Source: Bacillota bacterium
Lineage (GTDB): Bacteria; Bacillota; Sulfobacillia; Sulfobacillales; Sulfobacillaceae
DNA length: 64,000 nt
Direction of reading: 5' to 3'
Assembly: GCA_021797825.1 (NCBI GenBank)
Contig: JAJZZA010000005.1
Location: forward strand, 3,765-67,764
Every line of letters begins with the position of its first letter. The stretch's first letter is position 1. The notes beneath the pieces are model-generated. The model was given only the letters and a program-made list of their open reading frames with translations. It had not been told where the DNA came from and made no database searches. Of this stretch, positions 1 through 9,028 are shown piece after piece. Position numbers and translations under genes: made by a program.

Positions 1-877
1 GGGCGGCTCCCTGGACCTGCCACAGCGTTTGGGAACTGCCCGGAAATGGGGCGGCAATGGTGCCGTTGGGTCCTCGCAAATAAAAGAGCAAGTTGCGTGC
101 GGCATCGGAAATGTTGCTGATGTTGGTGATGGTCAGCGGCGATCCGGAAGAGGTGGCCGCCGAGACGACCAGGGTAAAGGGCAATCCCGCCGGCATGGTC
201 CCGCTATGAAAACCGGGATTCCAGCTCATGACCGATATCACGTCACCGTTGGCGCCAGTGGCGGACGCCGTATACGACGGGGTCAGGTTAAAACTGGTGC
301 TGGCGGCAGCCCGCGTAGACGGGCCGGAGGAGCCTGTGACCTGAGGCACCGGCGACGAGCGGTGCGGGGTAATTCCGCTTATGCTCCAAATGGCCGATGA
401 GACGGGAAGGGCCGGATCGACCTGGCGGGGGGGGATGATGGCGTGGATGATGAATCCCTGACGGGAGGTAACCCGCCATCCCGCCTCGGTTAAGGCCGCC
501 TTGGCCTTTGCCCATTGGGTGGCGGTGGGACCAAAACGCCGAGCGATTTGGGCTGGGGTGAGGAAGTGCCGATATAAGGGATTTCCGGGCGTACTGGCCG
601 CTTGGGCATACTGAAACAGCGATTGCAGGCCCGGAGAATTCATCATCACGCTGACTGGGCGCGGTGTCGTATAGCCCTTGATGGTGTTTAACTCTTGCTT
701 GACCAAAGCAGCGGAATACGCTGGTGTCGGCGGCAGCGAGTCGGTCACCGCAGGTTGATGAGCCAGAGTGGAAAGGCGCAACGGAGCTGGCGGCGAGGCA
801 GATGGGCTGGCCGCCCAGGCAGCGGTTGAGAGTTGCAGTACCAGAAAAACCGCCACGATGGCAGAAACATGTTTCAT
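1..877 (-). CDS. secreted protein with a sedolisin/kumamolisin (peptidase S53) pro-domain-like N-terminal region; C-terminus cut by the left window edge
   Basis: The frame is open on the minus strand from ATG 877-875 (AAGGGG about 12 nt upstream) to position 1, so it is missing from the ORF track. My translation gives MKHVSAIVAVFLVLQLSTAAWA/ASPS, a Sec-type signal peptide. It continues NSPGLQSLFQYAQAASTPGNPLYRHFLTPAQIARRFGPTATQWAKAKAALTEAGWRVTSRQGFIIHAI, which fits the pro-kumamolisin activation-domain pattern. The following S/T/G-rich part shows no clear S53 catalytic motifs. Confidence 0.5.
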   Translation of the reverse strand, partial: MKHVSAIVAVFLVLQLSTAAWAASPSASPPAPLRLSTLAHQPAVTDSLPPTPAYSAALVKQELNTIKGYTTPRPVSVMMNSPGLQSLFQYAQAASTPGNPLYRHFLTPAQIARRFGPTATQWAKAKAALTEAGWRVTSRQGFIIHAIIPPRQVDPALPVSSAIWSISGITPHRSSPVPQVTGSSGPSTRAAASTSFNLTPSYTASATGANGDVISVMSWNPGFHSGTMPAGLPFTLVVSAATSSGSPLTITNISNISDAARNLLFYLRGPNGTIAAPFPGSSQTLWQVQGAA

Positions 878-1144
878 CAGGCAGAACCCCTTAACGTACT
901 TGTTATGGATATGTCGAATTGTGCAATGTTCCTTAAGAGGTTCGCACCGGGGGGCGTGAATTCCTCTTTTTCGGGGAAAATTTCCACTTGTAGGAGGTAG
1001 CTGGAAGCGATTACGGGTTCACCGCGAGGAAGAGATCGTCGAGCGAAAGCAGATCGGGGAAAAGACGCGTGTGCCGTCATGAAACGGGCTGTTCCCCGGA
1101 TGGTGCGTCAGGTGAAGGATTGCGGTTATCCGGCCGAACGGGGA

Positions 1145-3178
1145 TTAGCCCGGCCAGGGCGGGGGCCAGGAGGGGTTGTCGATAAGATATTGTGGGCTAT
1201 TGGCGTTAAACAGCTGAATCAAGTCGGCGCTATGGAGGCGAAAGAACTCGCGGTTTTTCTCGGCCAGCTGGCGATAGAGATACAGTTGGTTGCCGAGGTT
1301 AAATCCCCGCGACATCGAGTCGGGACGGATCCGGTAATGGAAAAGCGGTTCCGGAATGGCTACGCCGCCAAATCCCTGACCGACCAGGCGGACTACGGTT
1401 TCATAATCCTCCATTCCGTATTCCAGGTCGGGGTCGTTTTGGCCGTATTGCAAGAAAACCGCCCGACGAAATACCAGGCTGCTGGAGTTGATGGTGTTGT
1501 GAAAAAGCAGATAGGGCGGCTCAGGGTTCCAGGTCGGCCAAAGTTGCGTGCTGCCGTCAAAATATTGGGTCCAGGCGCCCACGAAACTGACGTCCTGATA
1601 GTGGTCTAAAATCGTCGCTGCCCGCCGGTAGTAGTCGGGATGCACGCGATCATCCGCGTCCAAAAAGGCCAGATATTCACCCCTTGCGCGGGACGCGCCG
1701 CAATTGCGGGCAGCGGCCAGGCCGCGGTTGGGACCACGGATGACGTGAAGCGGATAGCATTGCTCAAGGCGGTAGAGGATGGCGATGCTGTAGGGATCGG
1801 TTGATCCGTCGTCCACCACCAAAATCTCAAGCTCCAGGTCGCGAACCGCCGTGAGGCTTTTAAGCGTCTCCGGGATGTAGCGGCCCAGATTGAAATAGGG
1901 GACGACCACGCTGAGTCGACGACTCGCTGTCTTTTCGTCTGGCACGCGAACCGGCTTGACCCGTATAAAAGGGAAAGAGCTTCGGGGTGTTTGGTTTAGC
2001 ACCTTTGCCAGCAACGCCTGGCGAGCTGCCATCACCCGCTCGGGATCGGTCATTGCCAGAGCGGTTTGCCGGGCCTTCTCACCGATCTGCCGGCAGCCGT
2101 CATCCGACAATGCCGACGCCGCCGAGATGGCAGCCGCTAACTCTGCGACATTGCCGGCCGGGAACAAAAACCCGTTTTGGCCGGATTCGATGATGGCTTG
2201 TTGCACGCCGGTGGAGGATGCGACCACCACCCGTCCCTGCATCATCGCCTCGATGACCACATAGGAGTAGGTTTCGAACCAGGACGGGATGACCACTATC
2301 CGGGATTCAGCCATCACCTTCTGCACCGCGTCCGGGGGCAGGGAACCCTCCCAAGCCAGCAGGCCGGCATCTTGATAGGTTTGGTATTGCACCGTGAGGA
2401 TGTCGGTTAATGACTGGTTTTGGGGGTGAAAGAAACTATCCCCGCCCACCACCCGGAGAGGCAGTCGCGAACCCTGATCCCATAACCGCTGAAATCCTTG
2501 CAGAAGCACCGTAATGCCCTTCATATACTGCACCCGTCCGATGTGCGCGGCTCCCTGACCAACCGCGGGCACGACCGATTCGAAGGGGAAATAGGGATTG
2601 GGAATGACCGTGGAGGCAAGCCCCGGCAAATGCTGGTCGAGGGCGGCCTGGATAAAGCGGCTGGGACAGATGATATGGTCGGCCGCCCGCAGCACAAACC
2701 GTTCCATCTCGCCGGTCCACCAGTCGGGGAGGCGGTAGGCCGGCGCGCGGTCCAGACTGTCGAGAATAAACTTGGGGCCGTGCATGGTCACTACGACCGG
2801 CACATGCTGCAACTTCGGGTCCAGCGTGTGCTTGCGCTGGAGCAAGAAATAGCCGATGCCGTTGAATTCCTGGGTTTCGATAACATCCGGCGCACCTTCC
2901 GCCGTGATAAGGCGGCTGACCAGGTCGGCGTAGTCATAACTGAGCCGGGCGGCCGGGCCGAGATTGTCCAGATGCGATTCGCGATCGTCCGGAAAGCGGA
3001 TGATGCGCGTGGGGCCATCGTACCGCATTTCGTATGGGAAAGCGGCCTCGGCATCATGCACGAAAACGGTTAGCGCATGGCCATAATGCGCCAGCAAACG
3101 GGACAGGTGCGCCCCGTAGGTCGCGATGCCGCCACCAAAATATGGGGGGAATTCGGTGGTAAGCAACCAGACATTCAT
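1145..3178 (-). CDS. bifunctional glycosyltransferase (N-terminal GT4/GT-B fused to C-terminal GT2/GT-A)
   Basis: 677-aa ORF. The N-half is MNVWLLTTEFPPYFGGGIATY ... VIPSWFETYSYVVIEAMMQGRVVVAS (GT-B type). The C-half is LSVVVPYFNLGRYIPETLKSL ... LVVDDGSTD ... FLDADD (GT2 DxD). ATG at 3178. Confidence 0.85.
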   Translation of the reverse strand: MNVWLLTTEFPPYFGGGIATYGAHLSRLLAHYGHALTVFVHDAEAAFPYEMRYDGPTRIIRFPDDRESHLDNLGPAARLSYDYADLVSRLITAEGAPDVIETQEFNGIGYFLLQRKHTLDPKLQHVPVVVTMHGPKFILDSLDRAPAYRLPDWWTGEMERFVLRAADHIICPSRFIQAALDQHLPGLASTVIPNPYFPFESVVPAVGQGAAHIGRVQYMKGITVLLQGFQRLWDQGSRLPLRVVGGDSFFHPQNQSLTDILTVQYQTYQDAGLLAWEGSLPPDAVQKVMAESRIVVIPSWFETYSYVVIEAMMQGRVVVASSTGVQQAIIESGQNGFLFPAGNVAELAAAISAASALSDDGCRQIGEKARQTALAMTDPERVMAARQALLAKVLNQTPRSSFPFIRVKPVRVPDEKTASRRLSVVVPYFNLGRYIPETLKSLTAVRDLELEILVVDDGSTDPYSIAILYRLEQCYPLHVIRGPNRGLAAARNCGASRARGEYLAFLDADDRVHPDYYRRAATILDHYQDVSFVGAWTQYFDGSTQLWPTWNPEPPYLLFHNTINSSSLVFRRAVFLQYGQNDPDLEYGMEDYETVVRLVGQGFGGVAIPEPLFHYRIRPDSMSRGFNLGNQLYLYRQLAEKNREFFRLHSADLIQLFNANSPQYLIDNPSWPPPWPG

Positions 3179-3338
3179 AAAATAGGGAAACGCTCCTTTG
3201 TGCGGCTACCCGATTATAGCGAGATGGGGTTTGAGGGGTCAACGATTGAGCAGAAGTTGCCGGTTGGCGGTGACGATGATTGCCTATTGTCTCCCCATTT
3301 CCGTATAATTCCGGTGAGACAGGGAAAGGGGAGCGCGA

Positions 3339-4517
3339 ATGGCTGAAGAGCGCATGTCGCCATTCAGTACCGATTACGTCGAGTTGCTTTTTCATTGGCA
3401 CCGGTATCAGTCGATTGGGACGGCAACAGCCGGCAAGCGGATTTTGGAGGTAGGTTGCGGTACCGGCTATGGGGCGGATTATCTGGCCGAAACGGCTGCA
3501 CAGGTGGTCGGCGCAGATATTGATGGCGATGTCGTCGCGGAGGCCAGAAGTCGTTATCAGCGACCCAATTTGGAGTTCGTCACCGCATCTGCCCAATCCC
3601 TGCCATTCTTGTCCGCGTCGTTTGACGTGGTGGTCATGTTCGAGGTTATCGAGCATCTCGAAAGGGACCAGCAATGGTGTGTTCTAAGCGAGGTCCGGCG
3701 CGTGCTGACACCCAACGGGTTGCTGTTTTTGTCCACTCCCGACCATGCCCGGACCGTGCTCTACGGGACCGCCAATCCGTATCACGTCGGGGAATTGACG
3801 GAGCCGGAGTTGCGCGGGCTGTTGTCTGAGCAGTTTGCCGACGTGGCGATCTACTATCAAGATGTGGATGCCGGCAGTTTTCTGTGGGCGGCCGATCAAG
3901 ACGCCACGGGTTTTGCAGGGTATGCCATGACTCTTGATCCAGACGGCGGCGGGTCCAAGCCCGCACCGGTTCATTTCCCGCTACACTTGACGCTAATCGC
4001 GGTGGCCAGTTCAGACGGCGCCCCGCTCCCCAGACTGCAAGGGTTTTGCGTCAACCGCGACCGCGTCATCTGGAATCGGCTGTGGGCGGATCTGGCGGAT
4101 GCGAAGTGGCTGTCGACGGCAAAGCAAAAAGAGGTCGTAGAGCTTCACCAGGCCAAAGCCAAAATCCACCTGGACAACCGGGCGTTGTCGGACGGCTACC
4201 TAAAGTTGTCCGTGGAGCATGACCAGTTGCAAACGGCCCATCGGAATGCAATGGCAGAACGGGACAGCCAACTTGCCGCACGAGACGCCGAATTAGCCAG
4301 AGTGCTTAATGACCTGGCCGGTTCCCAAGCCCGGTTGGCCAGTCTGCAAGGACGTTTGGATGATATCACCACCCGCTTGCAGATTATCGAAAACGCCAGG
4401 TCCTGGCGTCTCATTCAACGTTATTGGCGCTGGATGGAGCATTCACCCCTGAGTCGGCCGGCCCGGTGGTTTCGTCGCCTCATCATCCGTGATGAGAATT
4501 CCAGGTTCCTGAAATAG
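3339..4517 (+). CDS. class I SAM-dependent methyltransferase with a long C-terminal coiled-coil and a W/R-rich amphipathic tail
   Basis: 392 aa. Motif I is ILEVGCGTGYGADYL, followed by FDVVVMFEVIEHL and LTPNGLLFLSTPD. Residues about 250-365 look like heptad repeats (LHQAKAKIHLDNRALSDGYLKLSVEHDQLQTAHRNAMAERDSQLAARDAELARVLNDLAGSQARLASLQGRLDDITTRLQIIE). The tail is SWRLIQRYWRWMEHSPLSRPARWFRRLII. SD AAAGGGGAG lies 5 nt before the ATG. Confidence 0.85.
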   Translation: MAEERMSPFSTDYVELLFHWHRYQSIGTATAGKRILEVGCGTGYGADYLAETAAQVVGADIDGDVVAEARSRYQRPNLEFVTASAQSLPFLSASFDVVVMFEVIEHLERDQQWCVLSEVRRVLTPNGLLFLSTPDHARTVLYGTANPYHVGELTEPELRGLLSEQFADVAIYYQDVDAGSFLWAADQDATGFAGYAMTLDPDGGGSKPAPVHFPLHLTLIAVASSDGAPLPRLQGFCVNRDRVIWNRLWADLADAKWLSTAKQKEVVELHQAKAKIHLDNRALSDGYLKLSVEHDQLQTAHRNAMAERDSQLAARDAELARVLNDLAGSQARLASLQGRLDDITTRLQIIENARSWRLIQRYWRWMEHSPLSRPARWFRRLIIRDENSRFLK

Positions 4518-5442
4518 CGAAAATGGCGCCGGACCCCCCAGGCAGGGCCCATGGCTGGTGGTCGGGACAGGCGGGGCACGGGATGGCCTCCCTTACACGA
4601 CACGCTTCACCGCCTCCCAAGTTTCCCCATAGATTTTGTCGCGCCGTGAAATGGCCCCCGTGAGTTTCGCGCGCTTTGACCGTGTTGTTTAAAGCCTCCC
4701 ACTCCGCGGGGCAGGTATCGGCGACCTATTCCAGCACTCTGCAGGAAGAACCCCAGGGGATATCGGAGACGTTAACCGATTACACACCGGTTATGGGATC
4801 CGCCTGGACGATAGCGTTGGGGCTGGTCCGGAGAAACGACTCCAAATGAGTGTGCGCCGTCTTCGGCGAGGTTCAGTTGTTGCCAAAAAAGCCCCGCAGT
4901 CTGCCAGGTGCGTGAATTTGGCGCAGCATACGAGTTCTCCGCGAAGGTCCGAAAGACCGGAAGTTGACGGGGTTTGGTCGAGGTGGCCACCTGGGCGGCT
5001 AACCGGGCTTTGCAGCATAGGCCATTCGGCGGGGGGGGCGAGGGCCGGTACGAGACCCAGACTCTGGACGACCGATGGTGCGGCTTGCGCGCCGGCTGAG
5101 GATTGGCCCGGTGGCGCAAAACGCCGGTGAGAATGGGTTGGTCCGGTGCATGGGGGGCCATCGCGGCGGTTGGACCCGTTTTGCGCCCATGCTCCGAACG
5201 ATGGGGTGAATCGCGGAGTGGGCCATGACAGCTAGCGGGAGACCATTGGTGTCACAGAAGGACAGGCTTCAGCGAAGTCTTTGCGCTGCCGGCCATCGGC
5301 CCCGGGTTTATGGCGTCTTCCTGAGGACAGGGCATGGAGACCCCGCCCAGGTGGTGGGCGGCGCCCCAGGTCGGGGGCGGGACTACGTCTGGTGGCGAGC
5401 TGGTTGGCGAGTGGCGATCCGTACCCACATAAACGGGCCGGC

Positions 5443-8400
5443 TCACCGGGGGTGTGGCAGCGGTTTATTTCTTGTGCCAGGTTTCGCTCGGAGGTCTGGT
5501 TCCCCGAGCAAGTTCTCAAACAGTGCGCGATACCGCTCTTCGGTACGGGCCTGGTTAAAGTCCCTCATGGCTGCCTCTCTCCCGTTTAAGCCCATTTGGA
5601 TCATCCGGCGGCGGTCTTTCGCCAAGCTTCGCAAAGCGTTGACATAGGCCCCAATGTCAGCCGGGTCCGGGATTAATATGCCGACGTGATCCTTAAAGAG
5701 TTCTCTGATGGCGCCGATGTCGGGTGCGACGATAGCCCGCGCGTGGGCCATGCCCTCGAGAAGAACGAGCGGCAGCCCTTCGTAGTCGGAGGTTAGCAAT
5801 ACGGCATGGGTTTTTTCGTACCAAGCGGCCATCGCGTCGGCGGGAACCGTTCCATGCAAGACCAACTGGCGGTCTAACCCGTATTGACCGATTCCAGTTT
5901 CCAATTCATGACGGAGGGGACCGTCGCCGAGCACATGGATGGTGGCGGGAATGTTGCCATCCTTTAAGCCTTGGGCGATGGGGATAAGGCGGTGCGGCGC
6001 TTTTTGTGGATCCAGCCGCACCGGAACGACGACATGAAGACGTTCGTCGGGACTAAGCGGCGGCACGTTGGGCGGGAGATTCACGCCCAAGTAGATGACG
6101 TCCACTTTGTGTGGCTCGACGTAATAGGTTGTTCGCAAGCGATCCTTGAGGTGTTGGTTAATGACCACGTAACGGTCCACCAAATTTTGATAACGGCTGG
6201 TGGCGTACCCGATCCATCCCCCGCCGGGTTCTTCCAGGTGAAATTGCAATAGGGTTTTGACCCGGTGTGCCCGGAAGTGCGGGAGCGTGTCATATCCCAC
6301 CTTGGAGTGCATGATGTAGGCGACGTCCGGGGATTTTCGCTTGATCAGCTCGACGAGCAGCTCGATGCGGGCGTTGTCGTCCGCCAACAAGGAACCCAGA
6401 TCCCAATACTCGCTGACCTGGGGGAGGACGAGAGAAATCCAGGTGTTGTCGGCGGGCTCGGTGGTTACGAACACAATGTCGTAGCGTTCCCCCGGCAATC
6501 CCCGAATGAGGTCGACGAGGGCTCGATCGGCTCCGCCTTGCACGAGATGCGGAGCGATCACAAACACCTTGAGCCTGCTTCGTCGCCATGTCATCCATCC
6601 GCCGCTGCCGCCGGTCGCCGTCATCCGGGGATCCGGGGAGGGTTGGAGAAATTCGGGCGCGATGAGGGTGCCGTTGGCGGTAAGACTTCGTTGGGCCCGC
6701 AGCATGAGGTCTGGCTGGGGGTAGCGGTGAGCAAGGGCTTGACCGGTCACGACCACATCGTAGGACCGGTCGGCGGGAACCGCAAAAGCCAGGTCGTATA
6801 CCCCGGCATGCGGCGGGGACTGTTTGAGCGATTCGATGGTCGGCGAGGAGAATTCGAAGATATCGAGTGGCCCCTGCAACCCCAATTGTGTGATGATCTC
6901 CGGCGAGTCGGCTCCGAGCAGGGCGGTGCGACGCGAATGCGGGAGCGCCCGGAACACGGATGCGAGCTCTTCGCCGATAACCGGGTTGGTGTTTGTCGTG
7001 GGCGTGTGGCGTGCGGCATGGGCGGCGATCCAATCGGGGTGGCCGAGAACCGGCGGCGGATTTTCCGGGTGCCAGGCGGCGGATGGCGTAACCGGTGGGG
7101 CCGCTGCTACTCCGTCATAAAACCGGAGGGGCGTGTAGTGCCGAAAGCCTTGGTCCAACAAGATGCCGCGATCATCGGGAGCAAGGGTGTCCGAGGCGGT
7201 TCCCGCCAAGGGCGGCTGCGGATGGGCAAGGCTCCGGCGAATAATTTGGCCTGCCTGATAAAGATGGTAAAAGGTTTGGTAGGCGTTGTCGAATCCGACG
7301 CGGGGGGCTATGAAGCGTTTGCCAAAATTTTTTAGCCAGCGCGAGATCCGTTTTTCCCGCCGCCCGGCGTGCACGACAGGGCGATCGCTTAGCTGTTGAC
7401 GCTCCGGGTCCCACCATCGTAATGATGTGGCCGTCTCGGTTAACGCCCAGAGCGCATCGGCCGATTGCGGGGCCAAGGCCAGGAGCTCTCCGAACAAAAA
7501 CCGGGATGCGAGCAACAGAGCGGAGGGACGAGGCCCGTCGGCGTTGCCGATGGCGATGGCATTGATCGTGCCATCCCATTCGGCGACAGTGAGCAGTTTT
7601 TCAAATAGGGCTCGATCTGTCGTCAACAGACCGGGGTTGTCCATCAAGACCAAAACAAATCTTCCGCGGACCGTCGCGAGCTGTTGCAAAAAGGAACCTT
7701 GGTCGGGACTCGGCACCCAGTCGGCGAAAGTCTGGCTTTTCCACTGAGTCGGGTCGGGCGATCCCATCAGGCTAAGGCCCGGCGCCCAGACGCGTTTAAT
7801 GGCCCGTTGGTGCCTGGGGAGATACAGCGTGGCGAGTTCGCTTTCGATTTTCGCCATCAGTTGCCGTTTTTTTTGGTCGGCTGCATTGACCATGGAATAT
7901 CCCCAGCGGCGGTAGAGAAAGGTGTGGCCTGCCAGGCGTACTCCTTGAAACCCGTAGACGCCGAGACGCAAATGAAATTCCCAGTCTTCATACCCGTCTT
8001 TCATGGTTTCGTTGTACTGAAACCCCCAGTCGAAGATGCGCCGGTCGATGAGACAACACGCGTCGGCAAAGTTATCGGTCAGGAGCCGGTAGAGATTATA
8101 GGGTTGGTGCGGCACGTAACGATCTTCCAATCCAAATAAGACCTTGTCCTGGTAGACGAACATCACGTCAGGGTTATCCGTCTGAGCGGATCGCATGCGC
8201 TCGACCAATTGCGTGATAGCCGCCGGGGCCAATCGGTTGTCGGCGTCCAACGGCAAAATGTATCGGCCACTGGCGTGCGCGATGCCGACATTGCGGGCGC
8301 GGCTCAATCCCCCGTTGGCTTGCGTGACCAATGTAAAGGAATAACGGGCTTGAAGACGGCGGATTTCGGATTGGGTGTCTAATCCTGACCCGTCATCGAC

Positions 8401-8583
8401 CACAATCACCTCGAGGGCAGGGTAGGTTTGGTCTGCGAGGGACTGCAGCGCCTCGCCGAGAAATAGTCCTTGGTTGTAGCAGGGTACCACAACGCTGACA
8501 ACGTCGTCCTTGTGGGTCACTCTGTTATGATCCTCCATCCCTAGATTGGGTATCCACTTTGCACATTGCGCCAAATTCGACAA
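5443..8583 (-). CDS. multidomain glycosyltransferase (GT2, then a ~400-aa middle region, then GT4)
   Basis: 1046-aa ORF. The N-terminus is VVSVVVPCYNQGLFLGEALQSLADQTYPALEVIVVDDGSG ... PLDADN (GT2). The C-terminus is KVFVIAPHLVQGGADRALVDL ... EGLPLVLLEGMAHARAIVAPDIGAIRE (GT4). The middle contains a methyltransferase-fold-like stretch, YDVVVTGQALAHRYPQPDLMLRAQRSLTANGTLI, without a recognisable SAM motif. The track start 8583 is TTG. ATG 8538 or GTG 8520 (GGAGGA 10 nt upstream) is more likely. Confidence 0.85.
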   Translation of the reverse strand: MSNLAQCAKWIPNLGMEDHNRVTHKDDVVSVVVPCYNQGLFLGEALQSLADQTYPALEVIVVDDGSGLDTQSEIRRLQARYSFTLVTQANGGLSRARNVGIAHASGRYILPLDADNRLAPAAITQLVERMRSAQTDNPDVMFVYQDKVLFGLEDRYVPHQPYNLYRLLTDNFADACCLIDRRIFDWGFQYNETMKDGYEDWEFHLRLGVYGFQGVRLAGHTFLYRRWGYSMVNAADQKKRQLMAKIESELATLYLPRHQRAIKRVWAPGLSLMGSPDPTQWKSQTFADWVPSPDQGSFLQQLATVRGRFVLVLMDNPGLLTTDRALFEKLLTVAEWDGTINAIAIGNADGPRPSALLLASRFLFGELLALAPQSADALWALTETATSLRWWDPERQQLSDRPVVHAGRREKRISRWLKNFGKRFIAPRVGFDNAYQTFYHLYQAGQIIRRSLAHPQPPLAGTASDTLAPDDRGILLDQGFRHYTPLRFYDGVAAAPPVTPSAAWHPENPPPVLGHPDWIAAHAARHTPTTNTNPVIGEELASVFRALPHSRRTALLGADSPEIITQLGLQGPLDIFEFSSPTIESLKQSPPHAGVYDLAFAVPADRSYDVVVTGQALAHRYPQPDLMLRAQRSLTANGTLIAPEFLQPSPDPRMTATGGSGGWMTWRRSRLKVFVIAPHLVQGGADRALVDLIRGLPGERYDIVFVTTEPADNTWISLVLPQVSEYWDLGSLLADDNARIELLVELIKRKSPDVAYIMHSKVGYDTLPHFRAHRVKTLLQFHLEEPGGGWIGYATSRYQNLVDRYVVINQHLKDRLRTTYYVEPHKVDVIYLGVNLPPNVPPLSPDERLHVVVPVRLDPQKAPHRLIPIAQGLKDGNIPATIHVLGDGPLRHELETGIGQYGLDRQLVLHGTVPADAMAAWYEKTHAVLLTSDYEGLPLVLLEGMAHARAIVAPDIGAIRELFKDHVGILIPDPADIGAYVNALRSLAKDRRRMIQMGLNGREAAMRDFNQARTEERYRALFENLLGEPDLRAKPGTRNKPLPHPR

Positions 8584-9028
8584 CCGGGGCCAAAGATCAA
8601 ATTCCGCTGCACTGACGGTCTCCCGGTTATTTTATCAGACTTCTCCGAGCAGGGCGGGTGTGTGGAGAGGAGCCGGTCGTGGACGCGGTGTCGGGATCGA
8701 ACAGTTCCCCGGCACGCAGGGGGTTCCGCCGCTGGCGAAAATTTCTGTTGTCGGGAGAATGACACCGTCATCCTTGCAGGGAATTCGGGCAGTCTGGGCG
8801 AATACCCTTAGGCTCGGGCGCGGCCAGCTGCGGACAACGGTTTTGCGGCCGTAGCAGCAACTGGCTGTGCGCGGTGGCGCGCTGCCCGGTTCGGCCGGAA
8901 GTCCTATTGCGGTCCAGGGAGCCGCCATCCGCCGGATTGTGCTTGAGAGTTCTGCTGGGAGACCGAGCCCCCGTTCGCCAGGGTTAGCCAGATTGTTCAG
9001 CCAGCCCGGCTGTTCACAAGATTGCGAG

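Noticed and set aside
877-1080. 67-aa minus-strand ORF between the GT gene and the S53-propeptide gene
   Set aside because: It has no SD and its sequence is not protein-like. The region is more likely the promoter and leader of the downstream gene.
5113-5187. Perfect 11-bp inverted repeat GGCGCAAAACG / CGTTTTGCGCC, 53 nt apart
   Set aside because: By a rough estimate, 1-3 such 11-bp inverted repeats within 100 nt are expected by chance in 64 kb of GC-rich DNA. There is no T-run and no flanking gene context.
6265-7335. 356-aa plus-strand ORF inside the 1046-aa glycosyltransferase gene
   Set aside because: It is antisense to a gene with clear GT motifs. Its translation is Gly/Arg/Val/Pro-rich with no motifs, which is typical of a high-GC shadow frame.
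8584-9028. The 445-nt region upstream of the APC permease as an amino-acid riboswitch (glycine, lysine, T-box)
   Set aside because: CGGGAGAA and GAGAGGAGC resemble fragments only. The conserved CCGAAGG/GCAA (glycine), the lysine-box cores and the T-box sequence are not present.
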